Shown: positions 14,340 through 24,053 of the stretch, one piece after another
Numbering within the stretch: position 1 is the stretch's first letter
How the letters are laid out: each line of letters opens with the position of its first letter
From: an uncultured Gemmatimonadales bacterium
GTDB taxonomy: Bacteria; Gemmatimonadota; Gemmatimonadetes; Longimicrobiales; RSA9
DNA: 64,000 nt
NCBI GenBank assembly: GCA_963783305.1
Contig: CAWAMW010000014.1
Span: 25,288 to 89,287, forward strand
Direction: 5' to 3'
Position numbers and translations under genes: made by a program
The notes under the pieces: model-generated
Database searches by the model: none
Seen by the model: the letters and a program-made list of their open reading frames with translations, nothing else
What the model was told of the DNA's origin: nothing

Positions 14340-14930
14340 ATGAAGCCGAGACTTAAGCAGCACTACGACGAGCGGGTCAGCCCGCGGCTCATGGACCAGT
14401 TCGAGCTGGAGAACCCGTATCGGGTTCCGCGGCTCGAGAAGATCGTGATCAACGTGGGAATGGGCGAGGCGGCGAAGAACCCCAAGCTCATCGACACGGT
14501 GGTGGACGAGCTGACGCGGATCACCGGGCAGAAGCCGGTGGTGACGCGTGCGAAGAAGTCCATTTCGAACTTTGGTCTGCGCGAGGGCATGCCGGTGGGC
14601 GCCAAGGTCACCCTGCGCCGGGAGCGGATGTACGAGTTCCTGGATCGGCTGATCAACGTGGCGCTGCCGCGGGTGCGCGACTTCCGGGGTCTGCCCACGC
14701 GCTCCTTCGACGGGCGGGGGAACTACACCCTCGGGGTCAAGGAGCAGGTGATCTTCCCGGAGATCGATTACGACGCGGTGGACGAGGTGCACGGAATGGA
14801 CATCGTGCTTGTCACCACCACGGAGAAGGACGACGAAGCGCTGGCACTGCTCAAGGAGCTGGGGATGCCGTTCCGGGGCGAAACACCGCTGGTGGTAAGC
14901 GGTGAAGACATTCCCGGTCCGACGGAGTAA
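14340..14930 (+). CDS. rplE: 50S ribosomal protein L5
   Basis: [28 protein letters not shown] 14340. Confidence 0.98.
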   Translation: MKPRLKQHYDERVSPRLMDQFELENPYRVPRLEKIVINVGMGEAAKNPKLIDTVVDELTRITGQKPVVTRAKKSISNFGLREGMPVGAKVTLRRERMYEFLDRLINVALPRVRDFRGLPTRSFDGRGNYTLGVKEQVIFPEIDYDAVDEVHGMDIVLVTTTEKDDEALALLKELGMPFRGETPLVVSGEDIPGPTE

Positions 14931-14938
14931 GGGAACCG

Positions 14939-15130
14939 ATGGCACGCAAGGCACAGATCGAAAAGCAGAAGGACCCGAGCAAACTCAAGTTCTCGTCGCG
15001 CGCGACGAACCGGTGCAACCGGTGCGGCCGTGGCCGGGCTTTCATCCGGAAGTTCGGCATCTGCCGGATCTGCTTCCGGGAGATGGCGTTGAACGGCGAG
15101 ATCCCGGGCGTCCGCAAGGCCAGCTGGTAG
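14939..15130 (+). CDS. rpsN: 30S ribosomal protein S14, Zn-binding (type Z)
   Basis: CNRC...CRIC, GVRKASW. Confidence 0.98.
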   Translation: MARKAQIEKQKDPSKLKFSSRATNRCNRCGRGRAFIRKFGICRICFREMALNGEIPGVRKASW

Positions 15131-15288
15131 TGCTGCGCGCTACCAGCTGGGCGTAGACGGTTCTCGGTACACGGGAACAGCGTGGGCGGGACAAGGCGGG
15201 TGCGGGAGGTCGGGGCAGGGTGCTTCGGCGACAAACAGAGGTGGGAGTGAGTCGAAGGCTGGGAGGCGCAGGGGCTTCCGCGACGAAC

Positions 15289-15340
15289 CTTCTACAAGTC
15301 CGGGACGTGAAGTGGCCGGATACTATAGGAGCGAGTAGAA
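15289..15340 (+). promoter_or_regulatory. candidate S8-binding translational operator (16S h21 mimic)
   Basis: AAGTC (15296-15300) / GATACT (15319-15324) on a stem whose base pairs CTTCTA with the SD TAGGAG. Confidence 0.7.
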
Positions 15341-15344
15341 CGAT

Positions 15345-15737
15345 ATGATGACCGATCCAATCGCCGACATGCTGGCGCGGGTCCGCAACGCATCACAAGC
15401 GGGTCACAAGCGCGTGGACATGCCGGTGTCGAAGTTGAAGGCGGAGATTGCCCGCATTCTGATGGAGACCCATTTCGTCCATGACTACAAGGTCCTGGAC
15501 GACGGCCGCCACGGGGTGCTCCGACTCTACCTGAAGTACCATGAGGACCGGCCCGTGATTCGCGGCATGAAGCGCATCTCCACGCCAGGCCGGCGGGAGT
15601 ACGCGGGTGTGGCCGATCTGCCGCGGGTGCGCAACGGTCTCGGCACGGCGATCATTTCCACCTCGCGGGGAATCATGACGGACCGCGAGGCGCGGGAGAA
15701 CAACGTGGGCGGGGAAGTCCTCGCCGCGATCTGGTAG
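15345..15737 (+). CDS. rpsH: 30S ribosomal protein S8
   Basis: [28 protein letters not shown]. Confidence 0.99.
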   Translation: MMTDPIADMLARVRNASQAGHKRVDMPVSKLKAEIARILMETHFVHDYKVLDDGRHGVLRLYLKYHEDRPVIRGMKRISTPGRREYAGVADLPRVRNGLGTAIISTSRGIMTDREARENNVGGEVLAAIW

Positions 15738-15750
15738 GCGGGGGGCGAGC

Positions 15751-16287
15751 ATGTCACGAATCGGGAATCAGCCGATCGAGCTCCCGCAGGGCGTCGAAGT
15801 GAACGTGAGCGGCGACCGGGTGCGGGTGAAGGGTCCGAAGGGGGAGCTGGAGCGTCAGGTCCGTCCGGAGGTGAACGTGAAGGTGGAGGACGGTCAGGTT
15901 CTGGTGACGCGGTCTTCCGAGACGAAGCAGCATCGGGCCTTCCACGGTCTGACGCGGGCGCTGGTGGCGAACATGGTCGAGGGTGTCTCGACCGGGTTCC
16001 GCAAGGCGCTGGAGATCGTGGGCGTGGGGTACAGGGCCGACAAGCGGGGGAACGATCTCGTCCTGATCGTGGGGTACTCGCACGACGTGACGTACCCGGA
16101 GCCGGAAGGGATCTCCATCACCACGCCGACGCAGACGACGATCGTGGTGGAAGGGATCGACAAGCAGAAGGTAGGGCAGGTCGCGGCGGAGCTGAGGGCG
16201 GTTCGACCGCCTGAGCCGTACAAGGGCAAGGGCATTCGCTACCAGGGTGAACAGGTCCGCCGCAAGGCGGGGAAGACGGGCGCATAG
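15751..16287 (+). CDS. rplF: 50S ribosomal protein L6
   Basis: [16 protein letters not shown]. Confidence 0.99.
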   Translation: MSRIGNQPIELPQGVEVNVSGDRVRVKGPKGELERQVRPEVNVKVEDGQVLVTRSSETKQHRAFHGLTRALVANMVEGVSTGFRKALEIVGVGYRADKRGNDLVLIVGYSHDVTYPEPEGISITTPTQTTIVVEGIDKQKVGQVAAELRAVRPPEPYKGKGIRYQGEQVRRKAGKTGA

Positions 16288-16295
16288 AGGATACG

Positions 16296-16679
16296 ATGGC
16301 GAATAGAAAGAAGACGAGCCGACGGGAGACGCAGCGGCTGCGACGCCATCAGCGGGTCCGGTCGAAGGTGGTCGGGACCGCGGAGCGTCCGCGCCTCGTG
16401 GTGCACCGGTCGCTGAAGCACATCCAGGGTCAGATCGTGGACGATGTCGCCGGCAAGGTGCTGGTGGGTATCTCGACCACGTCCCCGGACCTGGTGAAGC
16501 TCCGGGGCGACGAGGAGACGGACAAGACGGCGCTGAGCAGGGAAGCCGGCAAGCGGATCGCGGAGAAAGCGAAAGAGGCCGGGATCGAAGCGGTAGTGTT
16601 CGATCGGGGCGGGTACCTCTATCACGGCCGCGTGGCGGCCTTTGCCGAGGGCGCCCGCGAAGGCGGCCTGCAGTTCTAG
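16296..16679 (+). CDS. rplR: 50S ribosomal protein L18
   Basis: [22 protein letters not shown]. Confidence 0.99.
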   Translation: MANRKKTSRRETQRLRRHQRVRSKVVGTAERPRLVVHRSLKHIQGQIVDDVAGKVLVGISTTSPDLVKLRGDEETDKTALSREAGKRIAEKAKEAGIEAVVFDRGGYLYHGRVAAFAEGAREGGLQF

Positions 16680-16693
16680 GGGAGCGGAAAACG

Positions 16694-17221
16694 ATGGCGA
16701 AGAACAACCGAGGCGGTCGCAGGGGCCGGCAGGAATCGGATCTGACGGAGACCGTGATCGATATCAACCGGGTCGCGAAGGTCGTGAAGGGCGGACGTCG
16801 GTTCTCGTTCACCGCACTGGTGACGGTGGGGGACAAGAGCGGTCGCGCCGGCATCGCGGTGGGCAAGGCCAACGAGGTGGCCGAGGCGATCCGGAAGGGA
16901 ATGGACCAGGCGCGCAAGGCGATGGTCGATGTCCCGATGGTCGAGGGCACGGTGCCCCACGAGATCGTGGGGCGTGTCGGTGCGGCGCGTGTGCTCCTGA
17001 AGCCGGCGGGGCCGGGTACGGGAGTGATCGCGGGCGGCGCCGTGCGTGCGATCCTGGAGGCGGCGGGCTACACGGACGTGCTGACGAAGAGCCTGGGCTC
17101 GAACAACCCGGTCAATATGGCCCGGGCGACGATGCAGGGGCTGGACGTGATGGTGACGGCCGAGCAGGTGGCGAAGGAGCGAGGCGTGACGGTGGAGGAG
17201 CTGGGGGTGCGCGGTGGCTGA
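16694..17221 (+). CDS. rpsE: 30S ribosomal protein S5
   Basis: [22 protein letters not shown]. Confidence 0.99.
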   Translation: MAKNNRGGRRGRQESDLTETVIDINRVAKVVKGGRRFSFTALVTVGDKSGRAGIAVGKANEVAEAIRKGMDQARKAMVDVPMVEGTVPHEIVGRVGAARVLLKPAGPGTGVIAGGAVRAILEAAGYTDVLTKSLGSNNPVNMARATMQGLDVMVTAEQVAKERGVTVEELGVRGG

Positions 17222-17423
17222 ATCGAAGCAGGGTACGGGAAAGCTGCGGATCAAGCAGGTCCGCAGCTCCAACGGCCGGCCGCGTAAGCACCGGGCGACA
17301 CTGGAAGCGCTGGGCGTGAAGTACCAGCGGAGCGTGGTCCAGCCGGACAACGCGGCCATACGGGGAATGATTTTCCAGGTCCGCCACATGGTCGAGGTGG
17401 AAGAGCTGGAGGGCGAGGAGTAG
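17214..17423 (+). CDS. rpmD: 50S ribosomal protein L30
   Basis: [19 protein letters not shown]; position. Confidence 0.96.
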   Translation: MAESKQGTGKLRIKQVRSSNGRPRKHRATLEALGVKYQRSVVQPDNAAIRGMIFQVRHMVEVEELEGEE

Positions 17424-17425
17424 CC

Positions 17426-17878
17426 ATGACGGATCTGAACAATCTCCGGCGTCCCAAGGGGGCGGCCGGCAACAGCAAGCGCGTGGGTCGGGGTCCCGGC
17501 TCCGGGAACGGCAAGACGGCCGGCCGGGGTCACAAGGGGCAGAAGGCGCGTGCGGGTCACCACGGGATGCCGGCGTGGTTCGAGGGCGGTCAGATGCCGC
17601 TCCAGCGGCGGCTGCCGAAGCGCGGCTTCACGAGCCACAAGAAGAACGACTTCGAGATCGTGAACGTGAAGGACCTCGGCCGGATCGATGAGGACCCGAT
17701 CACGCCGGCGATCATGCACCAGCACGGTCTGATCGACCTGGGTCGCAACCTGCCGGTCAAGGTGCTGGGCAAGGGCGCCCTGGAGAAGAAGGTCACCGTG
17801 AAGGCGCACGCGGTGAGCACGGGCGCGCGGAAGAAGATCGAAGACGCAGGCGGTTCGGTCGAGCTACTGGAGGCATAG
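17426..17878 (+). CDS. rplO: 50S ribosomal protein L15
   Basis: GRGPGSGNGKTAGRGHKGQ, FEGGQMPL. Confidence 0.99.
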   Translation: MTDLNNLRRPKGAAGNSKRVGRGPGSGNGKTAGRGHKGQKARAGHHGMPAWFEGGQMPLQRRLPKRGFTSHKKNDFEIVNVKDLGRIDEDPITPAIMHQHGLIDLGRNLPVKVLGKGALEKKVTVKAHAVSTGARKKIEDAGGSVELLEA

Positions 17879-17882
17879 CGGG

Positions 17883-19199
17883 ATGGCGAATCCAATCCCG
17901 AACCTCTTCCGGATCCCGGAGCTCAAGAACAAGATCCTCTACACCCTCGGCGCTCTGCTCGTGTACCGCTTCGGCGCACACGTCACGGCCCCGGGAATCG
18001 ATGTGGCGGCGCTCGAGGCGCAGTTCGGGCAGCTGCAGGGGACACTGTTCGGCGTCTACGACATGTTCGTGGGGGGCGCGCTCAGCCGGGCGACGGTGTT
18101 CAGCCTGGGCATCATGCCCTATATCTCCGCCAGCATTATGTTCCAGCTGCTGGCGGCCGTCTTCCCGACCATCGAGAAGATGCAGAAGGAGGGCGAGGAC
18201 GGTCGGAAGAAGCTGACGCAGTGGACGCGGTACGCGACGGTGGTGCTGGCCCTCGCGCAGGCGTACGGGTACTCCATGTACCTCCAGAGCATTCCGGGGG
18301 CGGTCCTGAACCCGGGATTCCTCTTCGTCCTCAGCACGACGCTGGCCCTGACCACGGGTGGTATCTTCATCATGTGGCTGGGTGAGCAGATCACGGAGCA
18401 GGGGATCGGCAACGGCGCCTCGCTGCTGATCTTCTTCTCGATCATCGAAGGGTTCCCGACCGCCATCGTGCGGACGTGGGAGGCCACGATCACGGGTGTC
18501 ATCAGCTGGCCGAAGCTGATCATCCTCGTGGCCGTGATGATCGGTATCGTGGCGGGCGTCGTGGCCATGACGATGGCCAGCCGGAAGCTGCCAGTGCAGA
18601 TTCCCCGGAAGGTGATGGGACGGGGCAGGGTGCGGGAGGGGCAGAAGAGCTTCATCCCGCTGCGCGTGAACTCGGCCGGCGTCATGCCGATCATCTTCGC
18701 GCAGTCCATCATCATCGTGCCAGGGACCGCCGCGGCGTTCGTCGACTCCGCCTTCTTCCGCGGGATCGCCGACACCTTCCAGCCGGGGAACGCGGCGTAC
18801 TACGTGAGCTACGGGATCCTGATCCTGTTCTTCACGTACTTCTATACGTCCATCATCTTCAATCCGGTGGACCTGGCCGAGAACCTCAAGAAGCAGGGCG
18901 CGTTCATCCCCGGCGTGAAGCCGGGCGCACGCACGGCGCAGTACATCGACCACGTGCTCAGCCGGATCACGCTTCCGGGCGCGATCTACCTGGCGATGAT
19001 CGCCATGGTGCCGTTCTGGATCTTCGATATCTTCGATATCGAGCTGTTCTTCTTCGGGGGCACGTCCCTCCTCATCGTCGTAGGCGTGGGGCTGGACACG
19101 GTGCAGCAGATGCAGCAGCACCTGCTCCTTCGGCATTACGAGGGGTTCATGAAGAAGGGTCGCGTCCGGTTCCGCGGCCGACAACGCTATATGGGGTAA
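17883..19199 (+). CDS. secY: preprotein translocase SecY
   Basis: LGIMPYISASI, GIGNGASL, GVMPIIFA, GGTSLLIVVGV. Confidence 0.99.
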   Translation: MANPIPNLFRIPELKNKILYTLGALLVYRFGAHVTAPGIDVAALEAQFGQLQGTLFGVYDMFVGGALSRATVFSLGIMPYISASIMFQLLAAVFPTIEKMQKEGEDGRKKLTQWTRYATVVLALAQAYGYSMYLQSIPGAVLNPGFLFVLSTTLALTTGGIFIMWLGEQITEQGIGNGASLLIFFSIIEGFPTAIVRTWEATITGVISWPKLIILVAVMIGIVAGVVAMTMASRKLPVQIPRKVMGRGRVREGQKSFIPLRVNSAGVMPIIFAQSIIIVPGTAAAFVDSAFFRGIADTFQPGNAAYYVSYGILILFFTYFYTSIIFNPVDLAENLKKQGAFIPGVKPGARTAQYIDHVLSRITLPGAIYLAMIAMVPFWIFDIFDIELFFFGGTSLLIVVGVGLDTVQQMQQHLLLRHYEGFMKKGRVRFRGRQRYMG

Positions 19200-19206
19200 G
19201 GTTCTG

Positions 19207-19851
19207 ATGCGACTGATCCTCCTGGGGGCTCCCGGTGTCGGCAAAGGCACTCAGGGAGCCCTGCTGTCCAAGAAGCACGACCTGACGCAGATTTCCACGG
19301 GAGACATCCTCCGGGATGCGGTGCGGCGAGACACACCGCTCGGCCAGAAGGCGAACGGCTACATGAAGGCCGGCGAGCTCGTCCCGGATGAACTCATCCT
19401 CGAGCTTGTGCGGGAGGTGCTGAGGACGCGGGACGATAATTTCATCCTCGATGGCTTCCCACGAACACTGGATCAGGCGGAAGGGCTGAGCTCGATTCTG
19501 GCCGAGGCGGGGATCGAGCTGGACGGGGTGGTGGTGCTGCGGGCGCCTGACGACGTGCTGGTGAAGCGGATCAGCGGTCGGAGGTCGTGCCCGCAGTGCA
19601 AGGCGGTGTACAACGTGTATTTCGAGGCGCCGGCGGAGGACGGCCGGTGCGACCGGTGTGGCGCCGAGCTGGTGAGGCGGGTGGACGACGAACTGGCCAC
19701 CGTGGAGAACCGGCTGACCGTGTATCGCCGGCAGACGCAGCCGCTCATCGAGTTCTACGAGGCGTCGCACACTCCCGTGAGCTATGTGGACGGGACGAAG
19801 GACGTGGAAGAGGTGCAGGCGGAGATCGAGGAGAAGCTGCCGACGGCATGA
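19207..19851 (+). CDS. adk: adenylate kinase (Zn-finger LID)
   Basis: GAPGVGKGTQ, LDGFPRT, CPQC..CDRC. Confidence 0.98.
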   Translation: MRLILLGAPGVGKGTQGALLSKKHDLTQISTGDILRDAVRRDTPLGQKANGYMKAGELVPDELILELVREVLRTRDDNFILDGFPRTLDQAEGLSSILAEAGIELDGVVVLRAPDDVLVKRISGRRSCPQCKAVYNVYFEAPAEDGRCDRCGAELVRRVDDELATVENRLTVYRRQTQPLIEFYEASHTPVSYVDGTKDVEEVQAEIEEKLPTA

Positions 19852-20600
19852 GCAGGCTCAAGCGACCGGAAGAGATCGAGGCCATGGCCCGGGCGGGCCG
19901 CATCATCGGCGCGCTGTTCGAGTCGCTTCGGGAACGCGTGCAGCCGGGAGTGACCACAGGCGCGCTGGACAGCTACGCCGAGGAGTTCATCCGAGGCCAC
20001 GATGGCGCCGAGCCGGCATTCAAAGGGCTCTATGGGTTTCCCGGCACCATCTGCGCTTCCGTGAATCACGAGGTGGTCCACGGCATCCCGAGTCCGTACC
20101 GGCAGCTGAGCGATGGCGACATCATCAGCGTGGACGTGGGTGTCAAGCTGGACGGCTGGTTCGGAGACTCCGCGATCACCTATCCGGTCGGGGAAGTGGA
20201 CGAGGAGACACAGCACCTGCTGGATGTGACCCGGGAATCGCTGTACGAGGGGATCGCCGCCGCCCGGGTGGGGAACCGGATCGGCGACATCGGGCACGTC
20301 ATCCAGAAGCACGCGGAAGCCGCGGGGTACACGGTGGTACGGGAGCTCGTGGGGCACGGCATCGGACGGGAGCCGCACGAAGACCCGCAGGTGCCGAACT
20401 TCGGCCACGCGGGCCGTGGCCCCAGGCTCGAGGAGGGCCTGGTCCTCGCCATCGAGCCTATGGTGAACCTCGGCGTCCCGGACGTCGAGACACTGCCGGA
20501 CCGGTGGACGGTGATCACGGCGGACAAGCGTCGGAGCGCCCACTTCGAGCACACCGTAGCGGTGACGGCCGAGGGCCCGCGGATCCTCACCGCGTCGTAG
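19848..20600 (+). CDS. map: methionine aminopeptidase type I
   Basis: SVNHEVVHGIP, GHGIG, AIEPM, SAHFEHT; ATG 19848. Confidence 0.98.
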   Translation: MSRLKRPEEIEAMARAGRIIGALFESLRERVQPGVTTGALDSYAEEFIRGHDGAEPAFKGLYGFPGTICASVNHEVVHGIPSPYRQLSDGDIISVDVGVKLDGWFGDSAITYPVGEVDEETQHLLDVTRESLYEGIAAARVGNRIGDIGHVIQKHAEAAGYTVVRELVGHGIGREPHEDPQVPNFGHAGRGPRLEEGLVLAIEPMVNLGVPDVETLPDRWTVITADKRRSAHFEHTVAVTAEGPRILTAS

Positions 20601-20646
20601 CGGGTGGGCATTGGTGGTGGGAGTCGGGAAAGCTGTCGACCGGGGG

Positions 20647-20675
20647 TTGATGGGCGGGGGATGGGGCTGTATCTT
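20647..20675 (+). promoter_or_regulatory. sigma70-type promoter for rpmJ-alpha operon
   Basis: TTGATG, 17 bp, TATCTT. Confidence 0.6.
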
Positions 20676-20708
20676 TCAAAGCTGTCCGGTAAATGAAGAG
20701 GTGTGGCA

Positions 20709-20825
20709 ATGAAAGTCCGTACGAGTGTAAAGCCGATGTGCGAGCACTGCCGCGTCATTCGACGCCGAGGAGTAGTGCGCGTGATTTGCAAGAAGAACCC
20801 GCGGCATAAGCAGCGGCAGGGGTAG
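20709..20825 (+). CDS. rpmJ: 50S ribosomal protein L36 (not in ORF track)
   Basis: hand translation [46 protein letters not shown]. Confidence 0.98.
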   Translation: MKVRTSVKPMCEHCRVIRRRGVVRVICKKNPRHKQRQG

Positions 20826-20832
20826 GGGGAGC

Positions 20833-21213
20833 ATGGCACGGATCGCTGGAGTCGACCTTCCGCGGAACAAGCGGATCGAAATCGCGCTGACCTATATCTA
20901 TGGGATCGGCGACTCGCTGGCGCACGACATTCTGGAGGCCACCGCGGTGGATCCGGACCGTCGTACGCAGGACCTGACGGACGAAGAGGTGAACCGTCTC
21001 CGGCGGGTCATCGAGAACAAGTACAAGGTGGAGGGCGCTCTGCGGAGCGAGGTCTCCATGAACATCAAGCGCCTGATGGACATCGGGTGCTATCGCGGCC
21101 TGCGTCATCGGCGTGGTCTGCCGGTTCGCGGGCAGCGGACGCACACGAACGCGCGGACCCACAAGGGCTCGAGGCGGGCGATCGCGGGCAAGAAGAAGGC
21201 GCCGCGGAAGTAA
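20833..21213 (+). CDS. rpsM: 30S ribosomal protein S13
   Basis: [19 protein letters not shown]. Confidence 0.99.
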   Translation: MARIAGVDLPRNKRIEIALTYIYGIGDSLAHDILEATAVDPDRRTQDLTDEEVNRLRRVIENKYKVEGALRSEVSMNIKRLMDIGCYRGLRHRRGLPVRGQRTHTNARTHKGSRRAIAGKKKAPRK

Positions 21214-21334
21214 GGGAGTAGCGCGCCTGTCGGCGCGGAGGGCGTTTGCGGAGCGGGGGGCTCACCTCCGACTCGCGGAGGGCGCCTGCGGCGCGGCGGT
21301 GTACTGAGATACGCGGATAGGGATACAGGGGAAT

Positions 21335-21727
21335 ATGGCGCAACCGAAGAAGGCGCGGACGAAGCGGGCGAAGAAGCAGGTGGAGTCCGAGGGGATCGCG
21401 TGGATCCAGGCGACGTTCAACAACACGCTGGTCACGATCACCAATCTGAATGGTGACGTGGTGACGTGGGGGAGCGCCGGCAAGGCGGGCTTCAAGGGCT
21501 CGAAGAAGTCCACGCCGTTTGCTGCGACGGTCTCGTCGGAGCAGGTGGGCCGCGAAGCATACAATCTGGGAGTCCGGCGCGTGCACGTGCGGGTAAAGGG
21601 GCCGGGAAGCGGTCGTGAGTCGGCGATCCAGGCGCTGAGCGCCGCGGGATTGCAGATCCGGTCGATCCGGGATGTCACGCCGATCCCGCACAACGGCTGC
21701 CGGGCGCCGAAGAAGCGCCGGGTCTGA
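21335..21727 (+). CDS. rpsK: 30S ribosomal protein S11
   Basis: [25 protein letters not shown]. Confidence 0.99.
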   Translation: MAQPKKARTKRAKKQVESEGIAWIQATFNNTLVTITNLNGDVVTWGSAGKAGFKGSKKSTPFAATVSSEQVGREAYNLGVRRVHVRVKGPGSGRESAIQALSAAGLQIRSIRDVTPIPHNGCRAPKKRRV

Positions 21728-21988
21728 GGCGCGGCCCGGCCGGCGGGGTCGGGGCGTCGAGAGTCGAGAGGGACAGCGGTATCATCGGGGTGGCCGGGAC
21801 GGAGCCGGGGCCCCGGCGGGAAGGAGGCTCTCTTGGGGGCCTCCTTCGGGTGCTTTCGCGGCGGTTGCCGCGGCGATACCGGCAGTAACGCAGGATGGAG
21901 CGCAGGAAAGAACGGATGTAAACCGCCGAGCCGTCCAGGCGGGAGGAAGTCCGAGAGACGAACGAGAGAACGGGAGTGAGACGGTCGA

Positions 21989-22624
21989 ATGGGTCGCCAT
22001 ACGGGACCGGTGTGCAAGCTGTGTCGTCGGGAAGGGCAGAAGCTGTTCCTGAAGGGCACGAAGTGCTACACCGAAAAGTGTCCGGTCGAGCGGCGGAGCT
22101 ATCCGCCGGGGCAGCACGGGGTGGCGCAGGCGCGTCGCCGGAAGCAGAGCGATTACGCGCTGCAGCTGCGAGAGAAGCAGAAGGTCAAGCGGATCTACGG
22201 CGTGGGTGAGCGGTATTTCCGCAACACGTTCAAGCGCGCGAGCAAGCGGACCGGCCTTACAGGTGAGAACCTGCTGGTGGGTCTGGAGTCGCGGCTGGAT
22301 AACGTCGTGTACCGTCTGGGCTTCGCCGGGAGCCGTGCGCAGTCGCGGCAGCTGGTGCGTCACCGTCACATCGAGGTGAACGGCCGGCCGGTGGACATTC
22401 CGAGCTATGAGGTGCAGCCGGGCGACGAGATTCGCCTGAAGGAAGGGTCGCGGAACCTGGTGCCCGTGCAGGTGGCGCTGGAGTCCAAGACGCGTCCGGA
22501 TACGGTGAGCTGGCTGGCGCTGGACGAAGGCACGAAGACGGGCCGCATGTTGGAGCGGCCGTCGCGGGATGACATCCCGCTGCCGGTCCAGGAGCAGCTC
22601 ATCGTCGAGCTCTACTCGAAGTAA
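21989..22624 (+). CDS. rpsD: 30S ribosomal protein S4 (Zn-ribbon type)
   Basis: CKLCRREG..KC..KC, LESRLDNVVYR, IVELYSK. Confidence 0.99.
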   Translation: MGRHTGPVCKLCRREGQKLFLKGTKCYTEKCPVERRSYPPGQHGVAQARRRKQSDYALQLREKQKVKRIYGVGERYFRNTFKRASKRTGLTGENLLVGLESRLDNVVYRLGFAGSRAQSRQLVRHRHIEVNGRPVDIPSYEVQPGDEIRLKEGSRNLVPVQVALESKTRPDTVSWLALDEGTKTGRMLERPSRDDIPLPVQEQLIVELYSK

Positions 22625-22641
22625 CCGATACAGGAGGAATT

Positions 22642-23691
22642 GTGGAGCTAGATCTGACCGGATTGGTACTACCGCAGCGTGTCGAGGCGGCGGAGCGATC
22701 GGAGGACGGTCGCACGGCGCAGTTCGTCATGACGCCGCTGGAGCGAGGGTTTGGGCAGACGCTGGGGAACTCGGTTCGCCGGATCCTGCTGAGCTCGCTG
22801 CCCGGCGCTGCGGTGTGGGCGTTCCGTCTGGACGGTGTGGTGCATGAGCACCAGACGGTGGCGGGGGTCTCCGAGGATGTACACCAGATCATCCAGAACC
22901 TGAAGGCTCTGGTGCTGCGGCTGGACCCCGAGGTAGACGAGGCGCGGATCGAGCTGCGCGCGTCCCAGGCGGGCTCGGTGACGGCGGGAATGGTGGAGCA
23001 GACGGGTGGTGTAGAGGTGCTGGACCCGGATCACCACCTGTTCACGCTGCAGGAGGACAAGGAAGTCCACCTCGAGCTCCACGTGAACAAGGGCCGCGGC
23101 TTCGTGAGCGCGGACGACCACGAGGTGCCGAAGGGGAGCCCTGTGGACCTGGTGCGGATCGACTCGATCTACAACCCGGTGCTGCGGGCGAACTTCACGG
23201 TGCAGGAGACGCGGGTGGGGCAGCGGACCGACTTCGATCGGCTCACGCTGCACGTGGAGACGAACGGCAGCGTGGAGCCGGAGGACGCGGTGGCCTACGC
23301 GGCCGAGCTGGCGCGGCGGCACCTGGAGTACATGCTGAAGTTCGGCGATGCGGGGGCGCCGGAGCCGCCGGTGCCGGGTGCCGTGGCGGTCCCGAAGACG
23401 CTGCAGGACCTGCTGGAGCGGCCGATCGAGGATCTGGCCGAGCTGAGCGTGCGGAGCGTGAACTCGCTCAAGAAGGAGAACATCATCACGCTCGGTGACC
23501 TGGTCCGTCGCACGGAGGACCAGATGCTGGACATTGACAACTTCGGCGTGAAGTCGCTGGAGGAGATCCGTCAGTTCCTCATGGAGCACAACCTCCATTT
23601 CGGCATGAAGCTGGAGGAGGGTGAGGACGGCGACCTGTACCTGGTGGACGAGTCGGAAGCGGCCGCCGAAGTCGCCGAGGAGGAGGCGTAG
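22642..23691 (+). CDS. rpoA: RNA polymerase alpha subunit
   Basis: PLERGFGQTLGNSVRRILLSS, LSVRSVNSL, NFGVKSLEEI. Confidence 0.98.
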   Translation: MELDLTGLVLPQRVEAAERSEDGRTAQFVMTPLERGFGQTLGNSVRRILLSSLPGAAVWAFRLDGVVHEHQTVAGVSEDVHQIIQNLKALVLRLDPEVDEARIELRASQAGSVTAGMVEQTGGVEVLDPDHHLFTLQEDKEVHLELHVNKGRGFVSADDHEVPKGSPVDLVRIDSIYNPVLRANFTVQETRVGQRTDFDRLTLHVETNGSVEPEDAVAYAAELARRHLEYMLKFGDAGAPEPPVPGAVAVPKTLQDLLERPIEDLAELSVRSVNSLKKENIITLGDLVRRTEDQMLDIDNFGVKSLEEIRQFLMEHNLHFGMKLEEGEDGDLYLVDESEAAAEVAEEEA

Positions 23692-23694
23692 GGA

Positions 23695-24048
23695 ATGAGA
23701 CACGGCAAGAAGGGGCGTCCTCTCAATCGGACGACGTCGCACCGGAAGGCAATGTTGCGGAACATGGCGACGTCGCTGTTCAAGCACGGCAGGATCGAGA
23801 CGACGGTGGCGAAGGCGAAGGAGTTGCGTCAGTATGCCGAGCCGCTGATCACGAAGGCGAAGCGAGGGGACCTGCACGCCCGTCGTCTGGTGGCTCGGGA
23901 CATCCGGGACAGTGAGACGCTGGCCAAGCTGTTTGACGAGATCGGCCCCCGCTACGCAGAGCGCCCAGGCGGCTATACGCGAGTGGTGAAGCTTGGGCAC
24001 CGCGCCGGCGATGCGGCCGATGTGGCGATCATAGAACTCGTGGAGTAG
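23695..24048 (+). CDS. rplQ: 50S ribosomal protein L17
   Basis: [21 protein letters not shown]. Confidence 0.99.
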   Translation: MRHGKKGRPLNRTTSHRKAMLRNMATSLFKHGRIETTVAKAKELRQYAEPLITKAKRGDLHARRLVARDIRDSETLAKLFDEIGPRYAERPGGYTRVVKLGHRAGDAADVAIIELVE

Positions 24049-24053
24049 ACACC

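Noticed and set aside
15321..15326. TACTAT as an internal -10 box for rpsH
   Set aside because: No -35 box, the TSS would remove the SD, and the bases are explained by the S8-site mimic.
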